From the NCBI GenBank assembly GCA_038128265.1, contig JAYPJE010000049.1, forward strand, positions 1 through 28,131: a stretch of 28,131 nucleotides of DNA, read 5' to 3'. This stretch comes from Gemmatimonadota bacterium (GTDB lineage Bacteria > Latescibacterota > UBA2968 > UBA8231). The notes beneath the pieces were generated by a model. It did no database searches. It saw only the letters and a list, made by a program, of their open reading frames with translations, and was not told the DNA's origin. This document shows positions 17,179 through 25,538 of the stretch, one piece after another. Both the position numbers and the translations under genes were made by a program. Numbering within the stretch: position 1 is the stretch's first letter; the number at the start of each line of letters is the position of its first letter.

Positions 17179-18170
17179 TGGACGAACTCTTTGCACTGCC
17201 TAACGGCGTTAGTGAAGACGCATGCGATGTCTCGGTTGTGCTGGCTGCCTACAACGAAGCGCACTGCATCGAGCAGGAGTTGGATATTGTATGCGAAGCG
17301 CTAGACGCCTCGCGCTTTAGTTACGAAGTGTTGGTGATCGATGATGGTTCAAGTGACGCAACGGCCCAATTAGTCGAGGCCTATGGCCATTCCTGCGTCA
17401 AACTGATTCGCCATCGGCGCAACCAGGGTTCGGGGGCGGCACGCAAGACCGGCACGCTGGCCGCTCGCGGGCAGTTTGTCGTCTGGTCCGACGTCGATTT
17501 GACCTATCCCAACGGTCGCATCCCAGACCTGGTTCAGCACTTGATCAACGCCGATGCCGACCAAGTCGTTGGCGCGCGCGATAGCGAACGCGGCACGATG
17601 AAACTGCTGCGCGTGCCGGCCAAGTTCTTTATACGCCGACTCGCCTGCTTTCTAACCGGAACGCACATCCCCGACCTAAACTCGGGCCTGCGCGTGTTTC
17701 GCCGTGCTGTGGGGCTGCGCTACGTGGATTTGTTACCCAAAGGTTTTTCCTGCGTGACGACCATTACGCTGGCTTTTCTCTGCAACGGCCACAGCGTCGA
17801 ATACGTGCCCATTCGCTATGCCAAGCGCGCGGGCAAATCAAAGTTTCATCCGCTCAAAGATACCTATCGCTACATTACGCAGGTCGCGCGTATGGTAACC
17901 TATTTTGAGCCGCTAAAGATCTTTCTGCCGATGAGCCTCGGGCTGATTGGCATCGGCGCCCTTTCCAGTGCGTTTAACCTGTGGCGCACGGGGACGATGC
18001 AGGAAATGGATATGATGATCGCTCTGGGCGGTTTTCTCGTCGGCGTTCTGGGATTGATAGCCGACTTATTTGTTCAGTATCAACGCAAATTGGAGAGGTT
18101 GATTTCATCGCTACCCGAGACTGGTGCCGAGAAGGCGAGTTTATCCTCGGAGCCGCACCGCGAATTTTAA
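17178..18170 (+). CDS. Glycosyltransferase family 2 (polyprenyl-phosphate-type), paralog of 8280-9167
   Basis: SVVLAAYNEA, IDDGSSD, DVDLTYP, DLNSGLRVF, LLPKGFS..TTITL, KRAGKSK motifs and two C-terminal TM helices. Confidence 0.9.
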   Translation: MDELFALPNGVSEDACDVSVVLAAYNEAHCIEQELDIVCEALDASRFSYEVLVIDDGSSDATAQLVEAYGHSCVKLIRHRRNQGSGAARKTGTLAARGQFVVWSDVDLTYPNGRIPDLVQHLINADADQVVGARDSERGTMKLLRVPAKFFIRRLACFLTGTHIPDLNSGLRVFRRAVGLRYVDLLPKGFSCVTTITLAFLCNGHSVEYVPIRYAKRAGKSKFHPLKDTYRYITQVARMVTYFEPLKIFLPMSLGLIGIGALSSAFNLWRTGTMQEMDMMIALGGFLVGVLGLIADLFVQYQRKLERLISSLPETGAEKASLSSEPHREF

Positions 18171-19726
18171 GTCAGCAGGATCGCGACCCTGACTCGCTGA
18201 CCTATGGGAGTTTTGATCGCAGCCACTGGCATTTTAAGATACGCGACTTTTCTTCGGCGGTGCTGCAGCAGAGCGCGCTGACGCTGGCGCTGCTCTACGA
18301 TACTCCGCTGGAACACAGCCCGTATTATCAGAGCGACCGGGTGCGCGATTGGGCGCTGGCCGGCGTGCGTTTTTGGGCGGGTATTCAGCATGCCGATGGT
18401 GCCTTTGACGAGTACTACCCCTGGGAGCACGGCTATATTCCGACGTCGTTTTCGCTCTTTGCCGCGGCTGAGGCGTGCCGACTGCTGGGCTGCGAAGACG
18501 ATCGGGTAATGCAGTCCTGCCGGCGCGCTGCCCGCTACCTCGCGCGCAACGAAGAGCGCGAGGCGCTCAACCAGGAGGCGGCCAGCATTCCCGGACTATA
18601 CGCTGCCCACCTGCTGACGGGTGAGGCGTGGATAGGGGATGCGGCTACGGCTAAGTTTGAACGCTTTGTCCAGCGGCAAAGCCCGGACGGTTTTTTCGCC
18701 GAATACGGCGGAGCCGATCTGGGCTACCTGAGCACAACGCTCGATTTTCTCCTTGAGTATGCGCGCTTGAGCGGCGACGACCGCGTCTGGCCCATTGCCG
18801 ATAAAATCGTCGATTTTTGCAGCTATTTCGTGCATCAGGATGGCAGCGTGGGCGGCCAATATGGATCGCGCAACACGGAGTACTTTTTGCTCAGTCCACT
18901 GTGTCTGCTGGCCGATCGCTCACCGATCGCGCGCGCCATGCTAGGGCGTTTGCGCACTGGAAAACACGGTGCGTTGGCCTTTTACGGAGCCTTTGACGAT
19001 CGCTATCTAAGCCACAATATGCTGCACTCTCTGCTGCGCGCCGTGCGGTATGCGCCGGGGGGCGATGAGGTCGGAGAAGATTTGCTGCCCTGCGATAGCG
19101 AGCACGAACGCTATTTTGAGGATGCCGGTCTGCTCAGCATCAACCAGCGTGGTGCACATCTCGTGTGCGGGCTCAGCAAGGGCGGCGTCATGCGTCTGTT
19201 TAGCGCCGGCCGCGAAATTTTTAGTGACTACGGCTACCGATTGGAGGACGCCCACGGCACTCCATCAGCCAGCAGCTGGCTGCGCGCCGATGCGCTGCGG
19301 GGCGGTGCGCAGGGAACCTATCGCGTTGAGGGCGCTTTTGCTGAGGTCCCGCGCCAGCGCGTCACGCCCCTCAAGCATATGGGGCTGCGCCTTCTGGCGC
19401 GCGCGTGGGGCAAGCGTCTCATACCGCTGCTAAAAAAACGCCTGATCTTTGTCGATCGCATCGGGCCAGGGCGCTATGCCAGACAGATTCGCTTGGATCG
19501 GGGCATGCTACACATAGAGGACGAATTGACATTGGAGCGCGGAGCCCGGAGGGCGTACTCGGCCGATAAATTTTCTCTGCGCCACGTGGCATCCTCCAAA
19601 TACTACGCAGCCGACGAGCTAGTCGGACGACCCCCACTACAGTGGCAGGGGACGGGGGCACACCGCCTGGTGCGACAGGTCGACTTGTGCGAGGGACGCG
19701 TTCAGGTAATAGAGGAGAGCGTGTAA
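17981..19726 (+). CDS. Hypothetical protein, probable (alpha/alpha)-barrel plus beta-sandwich (prenyltransferase/cyclase-like QxxDG repeats; heparinase II/III-like layout); true start uncertain
   Basis: Long ORF coupled to its neighbours. Repeats FWAGIQHADGAF, FVQRQSPDGFF, YFVHQDGSV. Protein-like sequence begins near 18137 (EFILGAAPRILSQQDRDP..TYGSFDRSHWH). Confidence 0.6.
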   Translation: MAHGDDAGNGYDDRSGRFSRRRSGIDSRLICSVSTQIGEVDFIATRDWCREGEFILGAAPRILSQQDRDPDSLTYGSFDRSHWHFKIRDFSSAVLQQSALTLALLYDTPLEHSPYYQSDRVRDWALAGVRFWAGIQHADGAFDEYYPWEHGYIPTSFSLFAAAEACRLLGCEDDRVMQSCRRAARYLARNEEREALNQEAASIPGLYAAHLLTGEAWIGDAATAKFERFVQRQSPDGFFAEYGGADLGYLSTTLDFLLEYARLSGDDRVWPIADKIVDFCSYFVHQDGSVGGQYGSRNTEYFLLSPLCLLADRSPIARAMLGRLRTGKHGALAFYGAFDDRYLSHNMLHSLLRAVRYAPGGDEVGEDLLPCDSEHERYFEDAGLLSINQRGAHLVCGLSKGGVMRLFSAGREIFSDYGYRLEDAHGTPSASSWLRADALRGGAQGTYRVEGAFAEVPRQRVTPLKHMGLRLLARAWGKRLIPLLKKRLIFVDRIGPGRYARQIRLDRGMLHIEDELTLERGARRAYSADKFSLRHVASSKYYAADELVGRPPLQWQGTGAHRLVRQVDLCEGRVQVIEESV

Positions 19727-19729
19727 GGA

Positions 19730-21118
19730 GTGGTAGAGGCGATTCGACAAGAGGGAAGCTCCAGCTCCTCGTTTGGCGCACTGAAAGACGAGGTAATCGA
19801 CGCGGGGCTGTGCACGCGCTGCGGCAGCTGCGTTGGGGTTTGCCCGGACAGTGCGCTGAAAATCGATGATGTACTGGGCGAATGCTTGCCTGTACAGGTC
19901 GATGCCTGCAGCGACTGCGGTTTGTGCCACCAGGGCTGTTCGGGAAAAGATGTGCCGTTCGCACAGCTTAATGAGCAGGTCTTTGGTCAGCAGCCAACCA
20001 ATCGACTGTTGGGCAACGTGCGCAATCTATTTGTCGGACACGCTAGCGCGTTGGGCGTGCGCGCGCGCGGGGCCAGCGGTGGTGTGATTACCGCCGTGCT
20101 GCACTATCTGTTAGAGACGGGTAAAATCGATGGCGCCATCGTGCTGGTGATGGACGAGGAGCGTCCCTGGGTGGCTAAGCCTATCGTCGCGCGCACCGCT
20201 GAGGAGATTCAGGCGGCGGCGCAGAGCAAATACAGTCTGAGCCCCGTTAACACGATCTTTTCCGAACTGGCCGAGTTGGACGGTCGATTTGCCTACGTCG
20301 GTCTGCCCTGCCAGGTGCACTCGCTGCGCAAGCTGCAGGCGGCAGGGCATCCGGCGGCATTAAAGATCGACTATGTGCTTGGCTCATACTGCGGCAATAT
20401 CCTGCACTTTGACGCGGTGCGCAGCTTTTTGCGCAACAACGGCGTCCATTCGGTTGAGGAGATTGCCGATTTGCAGTATCGCGCCGGTGAGTGGCCCGGT
20501 CAGATGCAGGTCACGATGCGCAGCGGCGAGATGATCGCCCTCAAGAAGTTCTACGCCAACTATCTCATTCCCTTCTTTATGGTAGACCGCTGCACGATGT
20601 GCACAGATCTGGCCAACGAATTTGCCGACATTGCCTGCGGCGATGCCTGGTCACCGGTATACGAGGAGCGCGGCAAGGGCTGGTCGCTGGTGATGGGGCG
20701 CACCGAGCGTGGGGCCGCGCTGCTGGACGAAATGGCCACGGCCGGTTATCTAACGCTCCAGGGCCTCGAAGAACGGGATGCCGTCGGCATGCATTCGCAT
20801 ATGCTGGACTTTAAAAAGCGCGGGGCGTTTTTGCGCATGGAGCGACGCGAAAAGCAGGGGGGAGCTATCCCGGACTATGGCTTCCGAGCTGTTGATATTC
20901 CCTGGCAGCGGCGCGGCTTTGAGTGGCTGCTGGCCCTGCTGTTTTGGATGTGTAGGCAGCCTGCGGCGCGCTGGGCTGTCGAGCGCTTTCCCGTGCGCAT
21001 TACCGGCGAGCTATTTGAGCGCGCGCGGCGCGGTTGGAAACGCATGACGCGCACGACTAAACGCCGCGGCTTGACCGACGTGCAGTTTACAACGACGGGG
21101 GATGGTAGAAGTGAATAA
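19730..21118 (+). CDS. FrhB/FdhB-family (F420 hydrogenase beta subunit-like) flavo-Fe-S protein with an N-terminal 2x[4Fe-4S] ferredoxin
   Basis: CTRCGSCVGVCP and CSDCGLCHQGC ferredoxin motifs, ASGGVITA, AQSKY, VGLPCQ, GSYCG, CTMCTDLANEFADIACGDAW. Confidence 0.88.
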   Translation: MVEAIRQEGSSSSSFGALKDEVIDAGLCTRCGSCVGVCPDSALKIDDVLGECLPVQVDACSDCGLCHQGCSGKDVPFAQLNEQVFGQQPTNRLLGNVRNLFVGHASALGVRARGASGGVITAVLHYLLETGKIDGAIVLVMDEERPWVAKPIVARTAEEIQAAAQSKYSLSPVNTIFSELAELDGRFAYVGLPCQVHSLRKLQAAGHPAALKIDYVLGSYCGNILHFDAVRSFLRNNGVHSVEEIADLQYRAGEWPGQMQVTMRSGEMIALKKFYANYLIPFFMVDRCTMCTDLANEFADIACGDAWSPVYEERGKGWSLVMGRTERGAALLDEMATAGYLTLQGLEERDAVGMHSHMLDFKKRGAFLRMERREKQGGAIPDYGFRAVDIPWQRRGFEWLLALLFWMCRQPAARWAVERFPVRITGELFERARRGWKRMTRTTKRRGLTDVQFTTTGDGRSE

Positions 21119-22166
21119 GAGTAAAGTGGCCTTTCTTGGCGTAGAGCAAACGCGCGATTCGGTCTTGGATTCTGTCGCCCGTGCCATGGAATTGGTTGCT
21201 TGGGATGAGGGCAGCGAACCGAGCAGCCTGTTTCTCAAAGTTAATTTGCTGAGCCGCGAAGTGATGCCGGGCCAGTGCACCTCGCCGTGGGTGTTTGAGG
21301 GGGTACTGCGTCAAGTGCGTCAACGCTATCCGAAGGCCGATCTATTCTATGGCGACTGCGAGGTGGCTACGAGTCGTCAGGTCGATGACGCCGTGCGCAA
21401 CTGGGGCTTTTTGAATATTGGCGAGCGCTACAACGCCCGCTTTGTAAATTTGTCGCAAGCAGGCACGCGGCCGGTGGAGGTTGGCCCTATTTTCGGCCGT
21501 CTCGATATGCCCGAAGTGCTGCTTGATAGCGATGCGCTGATCACACTGCCCATTATCAAGACGCATTGCATAACGCCTTTTACGGGGGCGATGAAAAACC
21601 AGTGGGGCCTGCTGCCGCGCGCGCGCTTTAAGTTTCATCCCGTCGTGCACGAAGCCATTGGCGAAGTGAACGCCTATTTTTCCGGACGCATGCGTCTGGG
21701 CGTGGCCGATCTGACCGTTGCGATGGAAGGTCCGGGTCCGCGCGTAGGCCTACCCAAGGTATGCGATCGCATTATGGCGTCGCGCGATTTGGTCGCACTC
21801 GATACGTTGGCCGGACAGTATATGGGCTTCGAACGCGATGAAGCGGCTTTTTTATTGCATGCCGAAAAGAAGGGATTGGGCAGCATGGAAGTAGAGGTTG
21901 TGGGCGATCCTTTTGAGCGCAATCCCTTCCAGCGCGGTCACGGTGAGGACTACGTCGTTTATCGCTGGCGCGACCGCTTTGCCAGCATGCCCGTGTTCAA
22001 GACGTTTCTGCAACAGGACTGGTTTTTCAAGCCCCTGGGATGGGTCGCTTCTTGGTATGCTCGAAACGGCTGGTACCGCAAAACGGGCTTTCCGCGCGCG
22101 CAGCACATCTGCCGCACGACGGGCTATGGGGAGGAGTTTACGCCTTTGTTGGAGCGCTTTGAATGA
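21102..22166 (+). CDS. DUF362 domain protein
   Basis: LFLKVNLL..CTSP.V, DALITLPIIKTH..FTGAMKNQWGLLP, MEGPGP..G.P, ASRDLVALD motifs. Start could be GTG 21111. Confidence 0.8.
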   Translation: MVEVNKSKVAFLGVEQTRDSVLDSVARAMELVAWDEGSEPSSLFLKVNLLSREVMPGQCTSPWVFEGVLRQVRQRYPKADLFYGDCEVATSRQVDDAVRNWGFLNIGERYNARFVNLSQAGTRPVEVGPIFGRLDMPEVLLDSDALITLPIIKTHCITPFTGAMKNQWGLLPRARFKFHPVVHEAIGEVNAYFSGRMRLGVADLTVAMEGPGPRVGLPKVCDRIMASRDLVALDTLAGQYMGFERDEAAFLLHAEKKGLGSMEVEVVGDPFERNPFQRGHGEDYVVYRWRDRFASMPVFKTFLQQDWFFKPLGWVASWYARNGWYRKTGFPRAQHICRTTGYGEEFTPLLERFE

Positions 22167-22927
22167 AGGAAAATCCGCTAAAATACTCGTTGACGACGCG
22201 CTTTAAGGAGCGCCAAATCTTGCGCCTATTGGATATACAGCCGGGCGATCGCCTGCTCGATGTCGGCTGCGGTATTGGCTATTTGAGCGGTTTGGCCCGT
22301 GCCCGAGGTGCCCACGTTGTGGGAATCGATATGAGCCATCGGGCCCTAGTGCATGCGCGGGAGCGCGTGGAGGGCGATTTTGCTGCGGCTGGTGCCGGCG
22401 GATTGCCCTTTGCCGACAATAGCTTCGACAAGGTGATTTTTGCCGACGTTATCGAACACGTGCCCGACGACGGCGTGGCGCTGGAGGAAATCGTGCGCGT
22501 TGCCAAAGCGGGTGCAGTTATCGTCATATCGACCCCAGCGCTGGAAGGCGTCTTTACAGAGACCTGGCTCAAGACCTATCTGCATGGAGAAGATGACGAG
22601 TTTCAAAAAAACTACCGCGAAGGGTATACGACGGATTCGCTATGTCAGCTCATGCAAGCACAGTCCATTGCCAACACGCGCGTGGCCTATACCAACTTTT
22701 TCCTCAGTGAAATTTTGCTCGGCGTGACCAAGCTCGCCTATGCATCGCAGAAGGAGCGCTACAATACCCAAGCGGATTTGGTAGACGTCGCTGAGTCATG
22801 GCTCTTTAAGGTATATAAGCGTGCCGTATTTCCCGTGTTCTTGGCGCTGGGGCGCTTGGAGGAGCTATTGGTGCGGCGCTGGGCGAAGGGGCACTGTTTA
22901 ATCGTTGGAGGGAGTGTGTGCAAGTAG
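22163..22927 (+). CDS. Class I SAM-dependent methyltransferase
   Basis: LLDVGCGIG, VVGIDMS, LPFADNSFD, DVIEHVPDD, ISTP motifs. ATGA overlap. Confidence 0.9.
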   Translation: MKENPLKYSLTTRFKERQILRLLDIQPGDRLLDVGCGIGYLSGLARARGAHVVGIDMSHRALVHARERVEGDFAAAGAGGLPFADNSFDKVIFADVIEHVPDDGVALEEIVRVAKAGAVIVISTPALEGVFTETWLKTYLHGEDDEFQKNYREGYTTDSLCQLMQAQSIANTRVAYTNFFLSEILLGVTKLAYASQKERYNTQADLVDVAESWLFKVYKRAVFPVFLALGRLEELLVRRWAKGHCLIVGGSVCK

Positions 22928-25368
22928 CGTGGAAGAATATTGGAGCGGATAGCCGTTCGCTCGATTTCAACCGCGACGTTATCGGTCAGACCATAGCTGG
23001 TCTCTTTGGGTTGCTCCTCGGGGTTCATTGGCTTGCCAGCTATAGCTATTCGCTCGGGTACGACCTGCCTCTTTGGGTTTACAACGGTTGGTTTTTAAAA
23101 AACGCACTTTTTGAAGGTTCCATTCCCAATTGGAGTTTTTTGGCGGCCAGTGGCCAGCCCTTTTTTAAGATTTCTGGATTATCAGACGGCGTATTGGTCG
23201 CCGTTGCCATGCGCATTTTTGGTGATTATTTCGGCGTCCAAGTTGTTATGTGCGCTCTCTATGTAATTGCTGCGGTGGGATTTTTTACGCTGGCTCGCGT
23301 CTTTATCGGCTGCCGTCATAGTGCCATGGCGGCCTGTGGGGCCTATGTCCTGTCGTGGTTTATGACTTTCACGGCCAATTTCCAAGCGTATATAAGCAAT
23401 TTCTTTGTTTACGCGCTCCTTCCATGGTTCGTTCTCTTCGCCCTGCAGGCACTCCTCTATTTTTCCTTGAGACCGGTATGTTGGGCGGCCATAATACTCG
23501 CCCTATCGATTCTTGCTAACCCGCAGGTCGCCATAAAAGCGGTGGTCATTGGGGCAATTGTTACGGTGCCTTTCGTACCCTCAGTTGGTCTGCGCAAAAC
23601 GGCGTTAGCCGCTGGGGGAGTCCTCCTTCTCGCACTCGCTCTTTCGGCGTTTGATATTATTAGCGCGGTGCGGCTTCGCCAAGAGGTCATGACGATCAAC
23701 TCTCGGCAAAATGGGTATATAAGTCCTTTTGCGCTCGTAGCCATACCCGCATACGGCTTCTCTTTGCTCTGGGAAATGCTGGCTAGCGTGCGGTGGCCTA
23801 CAATTACCCTACACGAATTGCTCTATTCAAAATACCCCGGGATGAGCGTTCTCGCTTTGGCACTCCTTTCACTGAGGCGAGTGCATAGTAGTCGGGCGGT
23901 CGTCCGTTGGCTGATGGTTGTAGTGTTTGTCAGTTATTGCGTTTTCTTTGCTATTATGCCGCATATCCCCGCTGCTCCTTGGATTGGCATTAGTCATAAT
24001 CTGATAATCGTCCCCACGTTCTGTCTTGCCCTTTTGGCCGGCCTTGGTCTTTCCTCGCTACGCCATTGGCTGCTTGGGCGGTGGGGCCAAAGAGGTGTTT
24101 TTTCGTTTAGTGTTGGTGTTTTGGGCGTGGGTTTTGTCGAATTATATGCTCTATTCTTTGGCGTGCGCACATATGGTTCCGTGCGTGATACACCGATCAA
24201 TTTACCAGAAGCGAATGTGTGGACAGAGCTCGCTCAACTAGTGGAAACGGAGCCGTTTGCACCGCGCTTCCTTTCGTTAAACCCAGATCACTCCACGAGT
24301 TTATTCCCGGTTGTAACGGGCCTACCTACGGCTAATGTTGTCGATCTACGGCAACGTTTACCCGAATATCAGTCCTATTTGGACTTGGTTGAGCATTGCG
24401 GCCTTTCAGGCACCTGTCAAACGCCGATGAGCGCACTGCTTGCCCCTCTCAACGTCGGTTATGTCGATGTGCCATTGAAGTTTTTCAGGTATAAAGGGCC
24501 AGTGGCACAGCCAGGTGAGTACAGAGAATTTCAGGAGGGTTTGACAACGTTTGAACGCGACCCACTTATGGAGCGCGTGTTGACGCGTACGATAGACACA
24601 GCCGATCTCAGGCCGCATGCAACTTCAGTAGAGTGGTCGCCTTTTATCCAGCATAAAAAGATCGTAACCGATGGGCTGCCGGCACAAGCTATCTTTCGCA
24701 ATACAGTGCGGTCTTCGGCCTATGTTGCGGATCGTGCCTTTGCCATTGTCGGTGAGGGATTAGCACCTGAAAACCTATTTGAACAGATCGTGCTCTTACC
24801 CGAATACGAGCCCGGCCGCTTTGTATTTATTCTGACCGAATCTCTGGAAAGCTTGGGGCCTAGACAGCGCGAAGCGCTTGATGGCTATCTCGTAGTTGAA
24901 CGGGCCGACCAATCGGGTCCTGATGGTCAAATTTCTGTTGATGGGGTGCGTTCCCATTATATGGAGCCGAGTCGGATGTGGCCTGAAATCGCTTTTTCTT
25001 CAGCGAAATCGGAAGAGCTTCGCATCAATCTTAGCGGGCCGGTTCAGAGCGATCGCTATATATTTGTCTCACAGCAATTTTTTCGCGACTGGCGCGCGAA
25101 AGACGATATGGGGAATCGCGTTGACGTATTTAAAGCTGGAGGTGGGTTGGTCAGCCTATTTTTGTACGAAGGAAGTACGCTCATAAATGCAGGGTATCGC
25201 CTTCCGCCCGTTGAGTATATGGGTAGGCTGTTTTCTGCCCTAACTTGGTTAGGTGTGTTTTGCGCGCTGTATTTTTCACGATATAAGAAAGTATCTCTAA
25301 GTGCGCTCATGCACTTATTTAGTTCTATTTGGCTTCCAAGCTACAAAAATAGATTGTTTGGCAAATGA
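22918..25368 (+). CDS. Polytopic membrane protein, YfhO / GT-C glycosyltransferase-like
   Basis: About 11-13 hydrophobic helices, an acidic first loop (GYDLP...PNW....SGQPFF), a large soluble domain, a YfhO-like tail (FVSQQFFRDWRA) and a final TM. GTG start with RBS GGAGGGAG. Confidence 0.65.
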   Translation: MQVAWKNIGADSRSLDFNRDVIGQTIAGLFGLLLGVHWLASYSYSLGYDLPLWVYNGWFLKNALFEGSIPNWSFLAASGQPFFKISGLSDGVLVAVAMRIFGDYFGVQVVMCALYVIAAVGFFTLARVFIGCRHSAMAACGAYVLSWFMTFTANFQAYISNFFVYALLPWFVLFALQALLYFSLRPVCWAAIILALSILANPQVAIKAVVIGAIVTVPFVPSVGLRKTALAAGGVLLLALALSAFDIISAVRLRQEVMTINSRQNGYISPFALVAIPAYGFSLLWEMLASVRWPTITLHELLYSKYPGMSVLALALLSLRRVHSSRAVVRWLMVVVFVSYCVFFAIMPHIPAAPWIGISHNLIIVPTFCLALLAGLGLSSLRHWLLGRWGQRGVFSFSVGVLGVGFVELYALFFGVRTYGSVRDTPINLPEANVWTELAQLVETEPFAPRFLSLNPDHSTSLFPVVTGLPTANVVDLRQRLPEYQSYLDLVEHCGLSGTCQTPMSALLAPLNVGYVDVPLKFFRYKGPVAQPGEYREFQEGLTTFERDPLMERVLTRTIDTADLRPHATSVEWSPFIQHKKIVTDGLPAQAIFRNTVRSSAYVADRAFAIVGEGLAPENLFEQIVLLPEYEPGRFVFILTESLESLGPRQREALDGYLVVERADQSGPDGQISVDGVRSHYMEPSRMWPEIAFSSAKSEELRINLSGPVQSDRYIFVSQQFFRDWRAKDDMGNRVDVFKAGGGLVSLFLYEGSTLINAGYRLPPVEYMGRLFSALTWLGVFCALYFSRYKKVSLSALMHLFSSIWLPSYKNRLFGK

Positions 25369-25538
25369 GTGACCATCGCGCGAAAGAGCAGGAAGGGGAA
25401 TGCGATCCATCAACCCCTATGGTGCGAGTTTTGGAAACAATTATGGGCTTTACTGCTGCCATCGTAATGGCATACTACTATCACAGTAAAGGGTATATAG
25501 ACTTATTGCGTCAGATCGCGGGGGCCCTATTTGGTTGA
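25365..25538 (+). CDS. Small membrane protein (57 aa), or the N-terminus of the downstream gene
   Basis: MSDHRAKEQEGECDPSTPMVRVLETIMGFTAAIVMAYYYHSKGYIDLLRQIAGALFG*. It fills the gap exactly, with an ATGA overlap upstream and an 8-nt overlap downstream. Not in the ORF track. Confidence 0.65.
   Translation: MSDHRAKEQEGECDPSTPMVRVLETIMGFTAAIVMAYYYHSKGYIDLLRQIAGALFG

Noticed and set aside
19730..21118. F420-reducing hydrogenase or methanogenesis function
   Set aside because: No FrhA/FrhG or maturation genes. Stand-alone FrhB-like genes are known from glycan loci.
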